A stretch of DNA of 64,000 nucleotides from Scyliorhinus canicula. Lineage: Eukaryota. The first letter of the stretch is position 1; every line of letters starts with the position of its first letter. Under the pieces are notes generated by a model. The model saw only the letters and a list, made by a program, of their open reading frames with translations. It ran no database searches and was not told where the DNA came from. Positions 1 through 13,033 of the stretch are shown one piece after another. Position numbers and translations under genes: made by a program. The DNA lies in the NCBI RefSeq assembly GCF_902713615.1, contig NW_024055487.1, forward strand, positions 267,500 to 331,499, written 5' to 3'.

Positions 1-277
1 CTATTGCCTTGCCCTGGTGAGTCATCTCCCCCAACAGTATCCAAAACGGTATACCTGTTTTGGAGGGAGATGACCGCAGGGGACACCTGCACTACCTTCC
101 TGCTCTTTCTCTGCCTTTTGTTCACCCATTCCCTGTCTCCCTCACCAATCCTAATCTGCGGTGTGACCAGCTCACTGAACGTGCTGTCCACGACCTCCTC
201 AGGATCGTGGATGCTCCAAAGTGAGTCCACCCGCAGCTCCAGAGCCGCCATGCGGTCGAACAGGCGCTGCAGCTGGT
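1..277 (-). mobile_element. CR1-type LINE ORF1 fragment
   Basis: Minus strand reads QLQRLFDRMAALELRVDSLWSIHD...ISLQNRYTVLD, resembling vertebrate CR1 ORF1; runs off the window start. Confidence 0.6.
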
Positions 278-779
278 CCAAACCACTTAATATCTTCTCA
301 CAGGGATTTACCTCAAGTGTATTTGCTAAATTACCTCCCAAGCATTTCGATAATGTCTTAATTAAAAAGACCAAACATTGCACAGAATTCCAGACCGGAC
401 TCCATTTCAGTCTTTCCCTCCACAAACCTCCCAATCCACCCTTGTATCTCATTGTGCTTTGCGCGTTTCCCAGAGATCATCCAATCTTTCTCTGCCTTTC
501 AATGAAATGTTTCTTCCTGGTTCTGTATTAACTTTCTCCAGGTTTATATGGGTTCCCTAAGTTCCTGTTTCCCTCTGTTAAATTAGTATATAATTTCCAC
601 TCTCCCACTGCACTGCTTCAAAAGACCATAAGGCGATATGAAATTGGAACATAATTAGACCAATCGGCCCTTCAAGCCTTCCCCCCATTCAATCATGATT
701 GATATTTTTTCTCAACCACATTCCCCTCCCTTCTACCTAATCCCGTTATTAATCAAAAACCTATCTACCTATCATGTCT

Positions 780-1530
780 CACCAAATTGAATGAGTTTTT
801 TAAAGTGGTGATAAAGAAAGGTCTGTGGATGCAGTTTAAATGGACTTCAGAAAGGCCTTTGATAAGGTCCCACATGGCAGACTGTTACAAAAACTAAAAT
901 CACATGGGATTCGGGGTGGGCTGGCTGGCTGGATACAGAAGTGGCTTGGTTATGGGAGTCAGAGAGTAGTGGTGGAAGGGTATTTTTCTGAACAGAGATA
1001 TGTAGCTAGTGGTATTCCGCAGGGGACAGTGCTGGGACCTCTGCTGTTTGCAGTGTATGTAAATGTTCTGGAGGAAAACGTGGATGGTCTAATCAGCAAG
1101 TTTGTGGATGACACGAAGATTGCTGATAGTTCCGAAGATTGGCAGATAATAAAACAGGATATGGATAGATTGGCGAACTGGGAACAGAGATGACAGATGG
1201 AGTTTAATTCGGACAAATGCGAGTTGATGCATTTTGGAGGATCTAATCTAGGTATAAATTATACTATAAATGGCAGAACCATTATGAACATTAACATACA
1301 GAGGGATCTGGGCATGAAGGTCCACAGTTCCGTAAAAGTGGCAATACGTGGGTTTGGAAAAGAGCAAGGTGATCATTGCTCGGCACAACATCGAGGGCCG
1401 AAGGGCCTGTTCTGTGCTGTACTGTTCTATGTTCTATGTAATATAGGTGGCCAAGGTGTTGAAGAAGGCATGTGGCATGCTTGCCTTCATCAGCCGGGGC
1501 ATTGAGTACAATGAGTTGGGAAATGAAGTT
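780..1530 (+). mobile_element. CR1 LINE reverse transcriptase fragment with a SINE/LINE tail piece inside
   Basis: ORF 840..1193 has MDFRKAFDKVPH, SGIPQGTVLGPLLF, SKFVDDTK; continues MEFNSDKCELMHFG and MLAFISRGIEY. Confidence 0.9.
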
Positions 1531-1531
1531 G

Positions 1532-1730
1532 CAGAGCACGGAGAACTGTACAGAACTCTGAACATGGTGAGGATTATCGACACAGTGGTACAGCGTACAG
1601 ACAAGCTATGCAAAACAGCCGACAGGGCGAAGATCATAGACACAGTGATACAATGCACAGTGAATGCTGTGCAAAACACTGAACAGGGTGAGGATTACTG
1701 ACACGCTGTGGTAAAGACATAGGGTGATGT
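1532..1730 (+). repeat. Degenerate ~60-bp tandem array of 23-type RSS units
   Basis: cacagtg at 1581 and 1641, 22-23 nt spacers, gcaaaaca(g/c) nonamer-like ends, and linker tgaacatggtgaggatta shared with the array at 17633-18155. Confidence 0.7.
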
Positions 1731-1784
1731 AAATCCAGCGGAGATTTCAGCAACTTTACCATTTTGGAAATTCAAGACACACAT

Positions 1785-2005
1785 TTGAAAGTACAGCACG
1801 AACACACACACGAACACGCATATAACACAGAAACTCACACGAACAAACACATACATACAAAAGCACAGAAGTGCGCACACATTAACAATCACAAACACAC
1901 ACAAGCAAATACACAAACATAAGTAGAGACATACACACAAACTCACACACACACACACAAACACAGACAAAAATGCACACAGTAACACACACAGACAAAC
2001 ACACA
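1785..2005. repeat. Imperfect (CA)n-rich tract
   Basis: Direct reading. Confidence 0.85.
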
Positions 2006-3744
2006 GAATATATTTATCTAGAATAACGTATTTACAATTAGCCTTATGTGTTTGCAGGGCTGAATATAATAATTAAACACTCTGGGTTTTGACGTTCGTT
2101 CTTCTTTACTTGGGGAATTCATATTCGTCTTTCTGTCCCCCCAGAATTATTACTTCTGTTAAAGTTTCCAACGAATGAAGGAACAAGGAGCCCTAGAGTA
2201 TTTGGGTGAGGTTCATTTCAGGTGGATCAGCAGGTTATGAAAGTGGTGATCAAAGCACATAGTTTCCTGACCTCCATAACAGAGCTGAGTGATACAAAAG
2301 AGAGGAAGCGTTGGCGATGCTGCATAAAAAAGAATGGTTCGCCCATTGGGGGGATTGTTGGGTTACGGGTTACGTGGGTTTAAGTAGGGTGATCATTGCT
2401 CGGCACAACATCGAGGGCCGAAGGGCCTGTTCTGTGCTGTACTGTTCTATGAACTGGAGTGCTGTGTACATTTCCGGGAATCGCACATTGGGAATGTTAA
2501 GAACGCTTCAGCAAGGGGGCCGAGAAGTTTTCCACAATTTTCCAGTGATTAAAAAAAACAGTTACTTGGAGAAGTTGGTGGTTCTTCTCTATGTCGGAAG
2601 CAAGGTTCAGATGAGATTTTGTAGAGCTGTTCAAAATCAAGTTTTTTTCGGGACCGAGTAGATAGAAATAAACGATTCCATTTTTTGGAAGATTCGAGAA
2701 GCAGAACAGGACGTTGTGTTTCCATTCACCTCCTTAGTGAATGGGCCGTGGCTCCAAAAACCCACTGTGGCACAAGGCGAATTGATCACACATTTTGCCG
2801 TTTACCAACTGCACTATTTTACCCATTTGGTGGTACCTTCATTTTGAAGTGAGTTGTCATATACTTTTTACCCAAAAGGGACGGCAGGTGTCCCCTCCCA
2901 CAGAATGACACAAACATGTCCTATCATACGTCAAAGATACGTATCTTTACCGTTCTATCTTCGATGCAACATCGCAAAACACTGTCCGAACTTCGGGAGC
3001 ACGGCGATCAGCTGTTTCTGTCATTAATGTGTGGTCAACAGGCGACAGATTATCTTCAAATGCGCACAGCATTAAAACAACCAGTTTCCAAAACCTAGTT
3101 AGTCTTGATCGAAATCTTGAAGGGGGCATAGACTCGGGTACCTGAACATCTTGTTCTCGTTTTTAAAATTATGTCAAAGGTGTCAGGAATGGTTTCAAAA
3201 CGATTCGGAAGAACGTAATCTTTTTAATGCATTCACTCAGAAAGCAGGCTGAAGGTGAAACCCTTCTGTCGGCCAATTTAACATGATTTCATACAACAGT
3301 CAAAGCGGGATCAAATATCTTCAAGGAGTACATTTGATTTTGTAATAGCGCCACAATAGACAAACCTGATTTAATTTATCAATGGATCCGAAGAAAACAA
3401 AGCCTCAGGATTTGTCATCCAATAACAATCTGGTCATGGAGAGAATATAAAGTCAGAGCCCAGTGTGTTAATCAAGGACACAGAGACAGTAACACAATAA
3501 TTAAGACCTTAAAACCATCAGAGGACAAGTCGAGAGTAAGAACCAAGGAAACGTATCCAGCTCATTAATTATGTGAATTCGGTGAAAAGTGACAAGAGAA
3601 CGGGCCAGATGAAATAATCAAGGGACCTTGGACTTCGAAGAATATTCTAATATTTCCCTCAGTAATTTAGTCTCAATTTTGGTTGCCTGCTCCCATGTGA
3701 ATTAAACTGGTCAGTTTTATGATAGTTAACGAGTTTTGTAAATA

Positions 3745-4550
3745 GAACATAGAACATAGAACACTACAGCGCAGTACGGGCCCTTCGGCCCTCGATGTTG
3801 CGCCGACCTGTGAAACCATCTGAAGCCTATCTGACCTACACTATTCCATTTTCATCCATATGTCTATCCAGTGACCACTTAAATACCCTTAAAGTTGGCG
3901 AGTCTACTACTATTGCAGGCAGGGCGTTCCACACCCCTACTACTCTCTGAGTAAAGAAACTGCCTCTGACATCTGTCCTATATCTCTCACCCCTCAATTT
4001 AAAGCTATGTCCCCTCGTGTTGGTCATCACCATCCGAGGAAAAAGACTCTCACTGTCCACCCTATCTAACCCTCTGACTATCTTATATGTCTCTATTAAG
4101 TCACCTCTCAGCCTTCTCCTCTCTAACGAAAACAACCTCAATTCCCTGAGCCTTTCCTCGTAAGACCTTCCCTCCATACCAGGCAACATCCTAGTAAATC
4201 TCCTCTGAACCCTTTCTAAAGCTTCCACATCCTTCCTATAATGTGGTGACCAGAACTGCACGCAGTACTCCAGGTGTGGCCACACCAGAGTTATGTACAG
4301 CTGCAGCATGACCTTGTGGTTCCGAAACTCAATCCCCCTGCTTATAAAGGCTAGCACACCATATGCCTTCTTAACAGCCCTATTAACCTGGGTGGCAACT
4401 TTCAGGGATTTATGTACCTGGATGCCGAGATCTCTCTGTTCATCTACACTACCAAGAATCTTGCCATTAGCCCAGTACTCTGCATTCCTGTTACTCCTTC
4501 CAAAGTGAACCACCTCACACTTTTCCGCATTAAACTCCATCTGCCACCTA
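3745..4550 (-). mobile_element. 5'-truncated CR1 LINE, RT C-terminus and 3' tail
   Basis: ORF 3836..4621 ([39 protein letters not shown]); (agaacat)n tail near 3744-3765. Confidence 0.95.
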
Positions 4551-4592
4551 CAATGTAAGTTGTTTTTGATAATACACTTTGTATGATGTGGG

Positions 4593-4935
4593 GGGCAGCG
4601 CGGTAACACAATGGTTAGCACAGTTGCTTCACAGCTCCAGGGTCCCAGGTTCGATTACCTGCTTGGTCACTGTCTGTGTGGAGTCTGCACGTTCTCCCTG
4701 TGTCTGCGTGGGTTTCCTCCGGGTGCTCTGGTCTCCTCTCACAATCGAAAGACGCGCAGGTTAGACGGAATGGCCATGATGAATTGCACTTAGCATCCAA
4801 AAAAAGGCTAGCTGTTGGTTACTGGGTTACGGGGACAGGGTAGAGACGTGGACTTAAGTAGGGTGCTCTTTCCAGGAGCCGGTGCAGACTCTATGGGCAG
4901 AATAGCCTCCTTCTGCACTGTAACGTCTATGGATA
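4593..4935 (+). mobile_element. HE1-like tRNA-derived SINE
   Basis: tRNA-like head (tggttagcac...ggttcgat), body cactgtctgtgtggagtctgcac, CR1-like tail ggcctccttctgcactg. Confidence 0.85.
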
Positions 4936-5089
4936 GCCGCTGGTGTCTCCCGGTAGAATTTGTGTTGTGTGGGTATAATTTGCATTCTGTGAGGAACCTG
5001 TTTTTTGCATGCCAGTCTAACTTCTGTTATGTGAGTAAGTCCGACAGCATGTTGCTAACACTGTGTCAGGCTAATTCTCCCTGATTACA

Positions 5090-8000
5090 CCATAAGACAT
5101 AGAACCATAATTAGGCCACTCGGCCCATCGAGTTGCTCCGCCATTCAATCATGGCTGATATTTTTCTCATCCCCATTCTTCTGCCTTCTCCCCATAACCC
5201 CTGATCACCTTATTAATCAAGAACCTATCTATCTCTTCCTTCAAGACGTTCAGCGATTTGGCCTCAACAGCTTGCTGCAGCAAAAATATCCACAGATTCA
5301 CTACCCTCTGGCTGAAGAAGTTCCTCCTCATCTCTGTTTTAACGGATCGTCCCTTTGGTCTGGGATTGTGTTCTCTGCTAATTTTTCCTACAAGTGGAAT
5401 CATCCTCGCCATGAGCACTCTATCCAGACCTCGCAGTATCCTGTAAGTTTCAACAAGATCCCCCCTCATCCTTCTAAACTCCAATGACTACAGACCCAGA
5501 GTCCTCAACTGATCCTCATACGACAAGGTGTTCATTCCAAGGATTGTTCTTGTGGATCTCCTCTGGACCCTTTCCAGGGGCTGCACACCTTTTTTTTTGG
5601 TGGCAGCTAATTAATTTTTTTCAGGCAGGAACATAACATAAAAACAGCAGAAACCAACACTGAGCACTTCCCTAAGTGCCGAACTGAATGAAAAAAAACA
5701 ATAAATTAAAAATCTGTCACCAACTTTTAAATTCCTCCCCTCCCACTTTTACAAGTTCCTCACTGCACATCTTCCAAATTGCGACTTTTTGGCAGGGAGG
5801 AGGGATGGTGGGGCGGGGTGGAGAAAAGAATGGCCCCAAAAAATGGCCCCTGGCTCACTCAAAATGGCCACTGCTTCATTTAAAATGGCCAGCCCCTCCT
5901 CACTCAAAATGCCCACCAACCCGCTCGCTCAGGTGACGAACGCGCTTTGCTTTTTACAAAAGAAAAGGGAACAAACATAGCAGTCATGCTCGAGCACCAC
6001 CTAAAAAATGGGCGTGATTCTCCGAACCCGTGAGAAATCGTGAGGCTGGCGTCAAAAACGGGCGGGTTTGACGCCAGCCTCCGCCCCCCCCCCCCCCCCG
6101 ACCGAGAACCGATTCTGGTCCCCGGTCGGGGCTAGCATAGAATTTCGTTAAGCCCGCTTGCCAGAGTTTGCGACGGCTGACGCGTCACATGACGTCAGCC
6201 GCGCATGCGCGTATTGGAAGACGCCACCCCGCGCATGCGCGGATGACGTCATCACGCATTTGCGTGAAACCGGCGCATGCGCGGGCCGGTATGCGCCTCA
6301 GCCGCCCCGCGAATGGATACAGCGGGGCAGCGGAAGGATAAAGAGTGCACGGGGTAAGTACCCGCTGCCCGCGATCGGTGCCCACCGATCGCGGGCCCAT
6401 GGCACCCTTGGTACGGCCATGGTACTGCCATGCCAATCGGTGCCATGGTTCCCCAGAGCGCGACTTTATGGCCGTTTTAACGAACGGTCAGACCAGGTAT
6501 GTTTGACGTTCCTAAAAACGGTCGTAAAGGGCTTGGAATTCGGCCCATCGGCCAACTGAGAATCGCTGCTCGCCGTAAATAAACGGCGGGCAGCGATTCG
6601 TGTTGGGAGGCGGGCGTGGGGGGGGGGGGAGGGAGAACAGCGGGAGGGCGTCAGACCAGCGTGGCCGTAAAAATTTACGACCCCCGCTATTCTCCGCACC
6701 GTCATGAGTGCGGAGAATCTCCCCCAACTTGTACTTCTCAGAATAAAAGGAGGAAAGCAATGTTGAATGGATGGGCTTCGAACCGTAACCCCGGGACGGG
6801 AATCCTGATGTGCGGCTCAAAATGGCCGCCACCCCTGCTCAAATCGGCCGTCAGCTCTCCCCCTGTCCCTTACTCCTGCTTAAAATGCTCATCTTTCCTT
6901 AGATACGGGGTCCAAAACTTCTCACAGTACTCCAAATGGGGCATGACCAGGGCCTCATACAGCCGCAGAAGTACGTCCCTGGTCTTGTATTCTAGCCCTC
7001 TTAACATGAATGCTGACATTGAATTTGCCTTCCTAACTTCTGACTGAACCTGCACGTTAACCTTAAGAGAATCGTGAAAACGGACAGCCATGTCCCTTTG
7101 TGCTTCTGGATTCCTGAACATTTCCCCATTTAGAAAATAGTCTATGTCGAAATTCCTCCTTCCAAAGTGCATAACCGAACTTTACCACGTTATATTTCAT
7201 CTGCCACTTCATTGCCCACTCTTCTCGTCTGTCCAAATCCTTCTGCAGACCCCTTATTTCCTCAATGCTACCTGTCCCTCTACAGATAGTTGTATCATCT
7301 GCAAACTTAGCAGCAGTGCCTCCAGTTACTTCTTCCAGATCATTAATGTATATTGTGAAACACAGCACAGCACAGATCCTGCGGCAGACCACTAGTCACA
7401 GGCTGCCACCATGCATAAAAGTTATATCCCTCAATTTTACTCTACATTTAATGTCGGAGACGTACACCTGGACATGGGTTAAAAGTACACAATGCAATTA
7501 TAGGATAAAGGAAATGCCTCTTACACACAAAGAGTGCTAAATGTGTGAAATTACCACTAGTCATCGGTTGCCATCCTAAAAAAAATCCTTTATCCCCACT
7601 CTCTGCCTTCTGTCAGTCAGTCAATCCCGTACCCATGCCAGGATCTGAGAATTAACACCATGGGCTCTTAACTTAATGATCAATCTCCTATGTGGCACCT
7701 TATCAAAGGCCTTCTCGAAATCTAAATAAATCACGTCCATTGGTTCTCCTTTGTCTCACTTCCTTGTTACCTCGTCAAAGACTCTAACAGATCTGTTAGA
7801 CGTGACCTCCTTTTGAAAAAGCCATGCTGACTCGATCTTATTTTACCATGCACTTCCAAGTACTCCGCGATCTCATCTCTAATTATGGACTCTAAAATCC
7901 CACCAATGACTGAAGTCAAGCCAACCGGCCTCTAATTTCCCGTCTCCTGCCTCCCTCCCTTCTTAAACAGCGGTGTTACATTAGCCACCTTCCAGTCCTC

Positions 8001-8530
8001 TGGGACCCTTCCTGCCTCCAGTGATTTCTGAAAGATCACTACCATTGCCTCCACAATCTCCTCAGCTATCTCTTTTGGAACCCTGCGGTGCAGTCCATCC
8101 GGTCAGTTGACGTCTCCACTTTCAGAACTTTCAGTGTCCCCAGAACCTTCTCCTTCGTGATGGCCACTGCACTCACCTCTGCCCCTGTTTCTCCTGGAGC
8201 TTTGGCATTCCACTGGTATCTTCCACCTTGAAGACTGATGCAAAGTAGCTATTCAGTTCGTCTGCCATTTCTTTGTTTCCTATTATTACTTCTCCAGCCA
8301 CATTGTCCAGTGGTCCAATGTCTATTTTTGCCTCTCTCTTTATATTGAAAATACTCTTCCCATCTTCATTTATATTAGTAGCTAGCTTGCACCCATATTT
8401 CATCTTCGCTCTCCTTATTGATATTTTAGCTGTCATCTGCTCGCTCTTAAAGGCTTCCCAATCCTCTGGCTTCTCACTAATCCTCGACACTTTTTATGTT
8501 TTTTCTTTTGCGTTTATACTGTCCTTGAGT
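5090..8530 (-). mobile_element. Fragmented CR1 LINE ORF2 interrupted by an insertion at about 5581-6887
   Basis: Minus ORFs 8173..8490, 7063..7392 (AKFADDT), 6870..7172 (PHLEYCEKFWTPYLRKD) and 5167..5484 are colinear CR1 ORF2 pieces. Confidence 0.85.
6010..6724. mobile_element. CpG-rich MITE-like element with terminal inverted repeats
   Basis: Starts gggcgtgattctccg, ends cggagaatctcccc; internal palindromes such as gcgcatgcgc, tgacgtca and aggctggcgtcaaa...tttgacgccagcct. Confidence 0.7.
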
Positions 8531-9339
8531 TTAATGTCACTGAGATAAACTGGCTTCTGTGTGATTGCTATAATACTTCTTCATTGAGTCACAATAGTGA
8601 ACATTCCACATGACTAAACAGGCCTTGCTATTGATCAATTCAATTACAAACTACGCTGAGCTGCACGAGATGTCGATACCCGCTCGGCGTCTCCCTGGAG
8701 TCACTCAACATTCTAACCCCCAACCAAACGAAAATGGAAAATGAATCCTGTGTCTGTTTTTCAAGTAACTGTGAATCACTCCTTTAATAAAAGTGGACGG
8801 CTGTTGCTGGAATCAGACTCAGAAAGAGAAAATACTGGGCACGGTACATCACATCCTTTCCCTCTCCACAGCTGCTGTAAGACCTTCTGGGATTGTCCAC
8901 TCCTCAGCAGGTTAGTGTTGTCCGTGGTAACTAACCACATGATAGAATTATTTTAGAAAGCTGTGGTTCCTGGGCATCCTGCTAGAGGGACCAACTTGAG
9001 TATATATTTCCAAAAATCCAAACATTTGGCAGTTTCTGACTTTGCGTCTAAATCGGGCAGTATTGTGTGGATTACAATGTGTCACAATTGTGTTGAATTA
9101 TTTTACCATTGTTTTGAGGTCGATTACATTCCTGTAGGAATGCGATATGTTCTGCAGATTCATTCTCAGCTATTTCACTTTCGCTTAAATTTAACATTCT
9201 CATGCTTGCAACAGTGGCGGACTGAGGTTGGATCCAAGCTGCGAAGGAACCTGACGGACAGTTTTACAGTCGATGTGGTTTTCTGTCCCAGAGGAGAAGT
9301 TAACCAGACTGAGTGTAAAACACGTGGCTCACTCACGCC

Positions 9340-9740
9340 AGCATGAAACCAATTTCATCCCCATGTTCGCGAGGCACTTGCCCAGCATCCGTATCACTAG
9401 GCCAGTGTCATAGCCACTTTACGAAAGTTTCTTATGGGTTCGGGAGTAGCAGTATTGTGCCTTGCAATCACTATTTCATGTTCTGCACTGTCACTGGGAA
9501 AGACAGCTCTTTTGACTCCCTCACAACCTGTCTCAGATACAATCCAGCAGCTATGTCCTTTAAGATTCGGCCTACTACGTCTATGCTGGTGCTTCCCGAG
9601 GTATTCTTGATGATGGACATTGAAGTCCCCCACCCAGAGTACATTTCGTCCCCTTGCCACCTCAGTGTTTCCTCCAAATGAATTTGGGCTCTCCCAGGGG
9701 AACACCCTCCCGGATGTATAGCGTTGTGCCGCCACCTCTG
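9340..9740 (-). mobile_element. LINE apurinic-endonuclease fragment (not the main CR1 family)
   Basis: Minus frames give LWVGDFNVHHQEYLG then STSIDVVGRILKDIAAGLYLRQVVRE across a frameshift. Confidence 0.65.
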
Positions 9741-11574
9741 CTGAGTCTGTTCGACTGGTGGGACAAGGCATACGCAGGGATGGGAAGGACACGTTTCTAA
9801 CCTTCTCTGTGTGTGAGGAGAACACTTGTTAACCGATTTGCTGATCACTTTCCCAGTGCCAAACAGAACAGTTAATCCAGGGGTTCCTGAAGTGTCGTTC
9901 TTCACAGTTTGATGTCTGTCAATCAGAAAATTCGTGTTCAGTCACATTGAAATTGCAGATTGGGACAAGATGACAAGCACAGTTTACTGGAAATCAAAAA
10001 CCCATTCGGACTTTAAGCAATGTGTGGCCAACTCTCCCGCTTTATCTGTATGTTTCACTTCAAACTGAAGGAACGATCAGATACTCGGCGTGTTGAAGAA
10101 AATTGGCCTTTGTTTTCTCTGCTTCTCCTTCAGAACTCATCTGATTAAAACACAGCCTCCTCCGTCCTTGCTCGATACCAGATCTGGGCACCTGTCTGTG
10201 GAGTATGAACTAGGAAAAGCCATACCTTCTTTCTCCAAACATTCTACTGACGCCATAGGTTTCTGAACTGCATTACATTAGCACAGCCTTCGAAAAGTAA
10301 TTGCGCAGGGAATAGGTAAATATTTGTATACTGGGATCATCAAGAACTTCGTGTTCCATTCCCTCATCATTCAATCTCACAAAGATGTCATTCAGCACAT
10401 GGTGCCTGACTGACCTCTGAGGGGAGCGTTCAAATTACTCTGCCTCTATTGCCCCTGCCCCGCTGCCTTGCTGAAGGTTCGAAGTCAGGACGTTATCCTA
10501 TTCCATTTTTGACATTTAAACCCGCTTCCACATGCCTTTCAGTCAGTGAACACGTCTCAAATTCACACATTGCAAAGCAAATACCAGCTCAAATTGTCTC
10601 TGGTTCTTTAGCAAATGTCAATCCTTCACATGCAAGTTCTCTGGTGACTGAACCTTCTGCCACTAGAGGCAATATCTCCTTATTTATTCAACCGGAATTG
10701 TTGACAGCTGTCAATATCAATCAAATCTTCTCTCAGACTTCCCAGTTTTACGGAGAACACATTCCCCAGTCTTTCCACAAAGCGGAAGCATTTCTTCATT
10801 GGTTCCATTTTAATGATGTCCCACCCCTCTCCATGGCCCTCAATCATTCATCAGATGTGGTGCACAGATTTGAACAATAATCTAGCCCAGATATTATCAA
10901 CGTTATACAAATGTATAGCGTAACATTTTCACCTTTTGTATTGATAAAGGCAGTAATCTCAAATGCATTTCACAGAAGTCTCAACCTTCCCTCCCATCAC
11001 ATCACTTCTCTCGCTCTTTCCACAGTGCCTATAAAATTGTATAATTTACTATATATTACCTCTCCTCGTTCTTCCAAGCCCCTAACCCGATCCGACAATG
11101 TGCATTGTCCTTCTGAATATCTGTCCATTCTCTGTCACTGCAAATTAGAATTCTGAATATGACAGAACTGGAAAGTAATCGTTACTAAATTGAAGCATTG
11201 TTAGAATTGAAAAAAAACATAGACGGCGATGGTGCAGTAATCATTGTGTATATTGTAAATATCTACCTGGATATTATCAGTGGTCTGTATCATATTGTAA
11301 CCTGATCATCAGTTTCTGGATTGAAGGAAGCTGCCGGCTCTGAGGCGTCGGCATTCTGATCAGTCATTTAAGCGAGGTTCCATGAACCGTTTCAGAGTTT
11401 TGTTAAAGGTATTACCGGCACCATTGCAATAATAGTGTAAATACGACCACCCAACAAAATCACATGGACCGATCTCCCAACTCATTTCTGAAATGAAAAG
11501 GGGGCGAGAGCATCTACTGACAGAACAACTCGTCCACCGAACCCCTGTTCAATAGACTGAGGTGGGAGAGGTTG

Positions 11575-11920
11575 GTTAATAATAATCATAATAATCGCTT
11601 CATTGTCAGAACTGGAAAGTAATCGTTACTAAATTGAAGCATTGTTAGAATTGAAAAAAACATAGACGGCGATGGTGCAGTAATCATTGTGTATGATTAC
11701 TGGCGCCTGTTCAGGTACACAGAGGGATAATTCAGAATGTCCAATTAACCTAACAGCACGTCTTTCGGGACTTGTGGGAGGAAACCGGAGCACTCGGAGG
11801 AAACCCACGCAAACACGGGGAGAACGTGCCGACTCCGCACAGACAGTGACCCAAGCCAGGAATCGAACCTGGGACCCTGGCGCTGTACAGCAACGGTGCC
11901 AACCATTGTGCTACCATGCG
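11575..11920 (-). mobile_element. HE1-like SINE with a modified 3' tail
   Basis: Reverse complement of HE1-like head and body; tail partly replaced by a copy of 11163-11251. Confidence 0.8.
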
Positions 11921-12196
11921 GCGCAGTTTGAGCTCCGTTTAAACTGCAGCTCACAAAACTAATGAAGCGATAGGCAAGTGGAGGCTCCGTGGTAGCAAGA
12001 GCTGTGGATGTTCACAACCGGCTGCCCCGCTTAAATACTCAAGTTCTGTTGTGAGCTGCACTGTGGGCGTGGCCTAATTTACCGATTTAAGGGCGTAATT
12101 TAGTTTTAGTTCAGCTCTGAGGAGCAGTCTCCCAGAGCAGTCCAGGTTTGCAGTCTCCCGATCCCCGTCACTAAACCATCAGCTCCAGGCAGCAGA

Positions 12197-12242
12197 ATGA
12201 CGGGAATCCTCCTTGTTTTCACCCTGTATGTCTGTTTACCCC
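12197..12242 (+). pseudogene. Leader exon of NAR-TCR V gene
   Basis: ATG MTGILLVFTLYVCLP plus one base, donor gtgagt at 12243; phase 1 joins in frame to acceptor ttccag ending 12391. Confidence 0.85.
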
Positions 12243-12391
12243 GTGAGTACCGATCAGACTAACCCAGATTGTGTGGATTTAATATAAAGCTGCCCGAGTC
12301 CATCCCAATTACAGACCCTGTCTGGGGTTTTAGCCCTGATCTGTGTTTCTGGCTGTGATGGTCCATTAAACTGTCTCTGTTTAATTTCCAG

Positions 12392-12672
12392 GATGTTTGA
12401 GTCAGTCAGTGACACAGGACCCAGAAGCGGTGACCAGCGAGGAGTGTCAGACTCTCACCGTTAACTGTGTGTATTCCGGTTATTATTTCGAAAATGGACA
12501 TTTCTTCAGTCAAACCCAGCCCGGGGCAGATTGGGAGGTGATCTCCAGCGGAGAGATTTGTTGTGTCGGTGAATAAAGCAGAAAATACATTTTCGCTGGA
12601 AATTCGGGATGTGAGAGTTGAAGACAGCGCCACCTATTTCTGTAAAGCTCATTATAAATACTGGTACACAGA
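12392..12672 (+). pseudogene. NAR-TCR variable segment (IgNAR-like V), frameshifted
   Basis: CLSQSVTQDPEAVTSEECQTLTVNCVYSGYYFENGHFFSQTQPGADWEVISSG, shift near 12553, then RFVVSVNKAENTFSLEIRDVRVEDSATYFCKAHYKYWYT. Short C'-C'' region as in NAR V domains; the unshifted frame stops at 12574-12576. Confidence 0.85.
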
Positions 12673-12710
12673 CACAGTGATGGGTCTCGGCTTCCCGCGA
12701 TACAAAATCC
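12673..12710 (+). other. Recombination signal sequence, 22-nt spacer
   Basis: cacagtg + 22 nt + acaaaatcc directly after the V exon. Confidence 0.9.
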
Positions 12711-13033
12711 CTCACTGCGGATTATCACAGAAACAAATGTAAAAGCGGAGTTAATCTGCCCTGAAACCCCCACAGTTCCGCCTCACACTGTCTGTCCCGT
12801 GCTCTGGTTTATAACGAGACTGGATCATTCCCGTTAACATCTTGAGTTTTATAAACGCCGAGTTTGTGCGGATGTTGATACTTTTCCAGAAATTAGTGTC
12901 AGTGAATGGAGATTGGGAATAACTGATCTCAGTGACGAACCCTCAGACCATCCGGATCCTGTTCCAACAGAGGGAACTGGGAACCGCAGTCCCCACTGTT
13001 GAAGTTATGTCCCCACGTTCACCATATAGCCGG

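Noticed and set aside
4-531. 175-aa plus-strand ORF, and most other short ORFs in the track
   Set aside because: Antisense or off-frame readings of retroelements, SINEs or simple repeats
4593-4935. tRNA genes at SINE heads, here and at other copies
   Set aside because: Only A/B-box-like remnants that continue into SINE body; no full cloverleaf
9978-10002. Isolated RSS (cacagtt...tcaaaaacc)
   Set aside because: Spacer is only 9 nt and there is no adjacent gene segment
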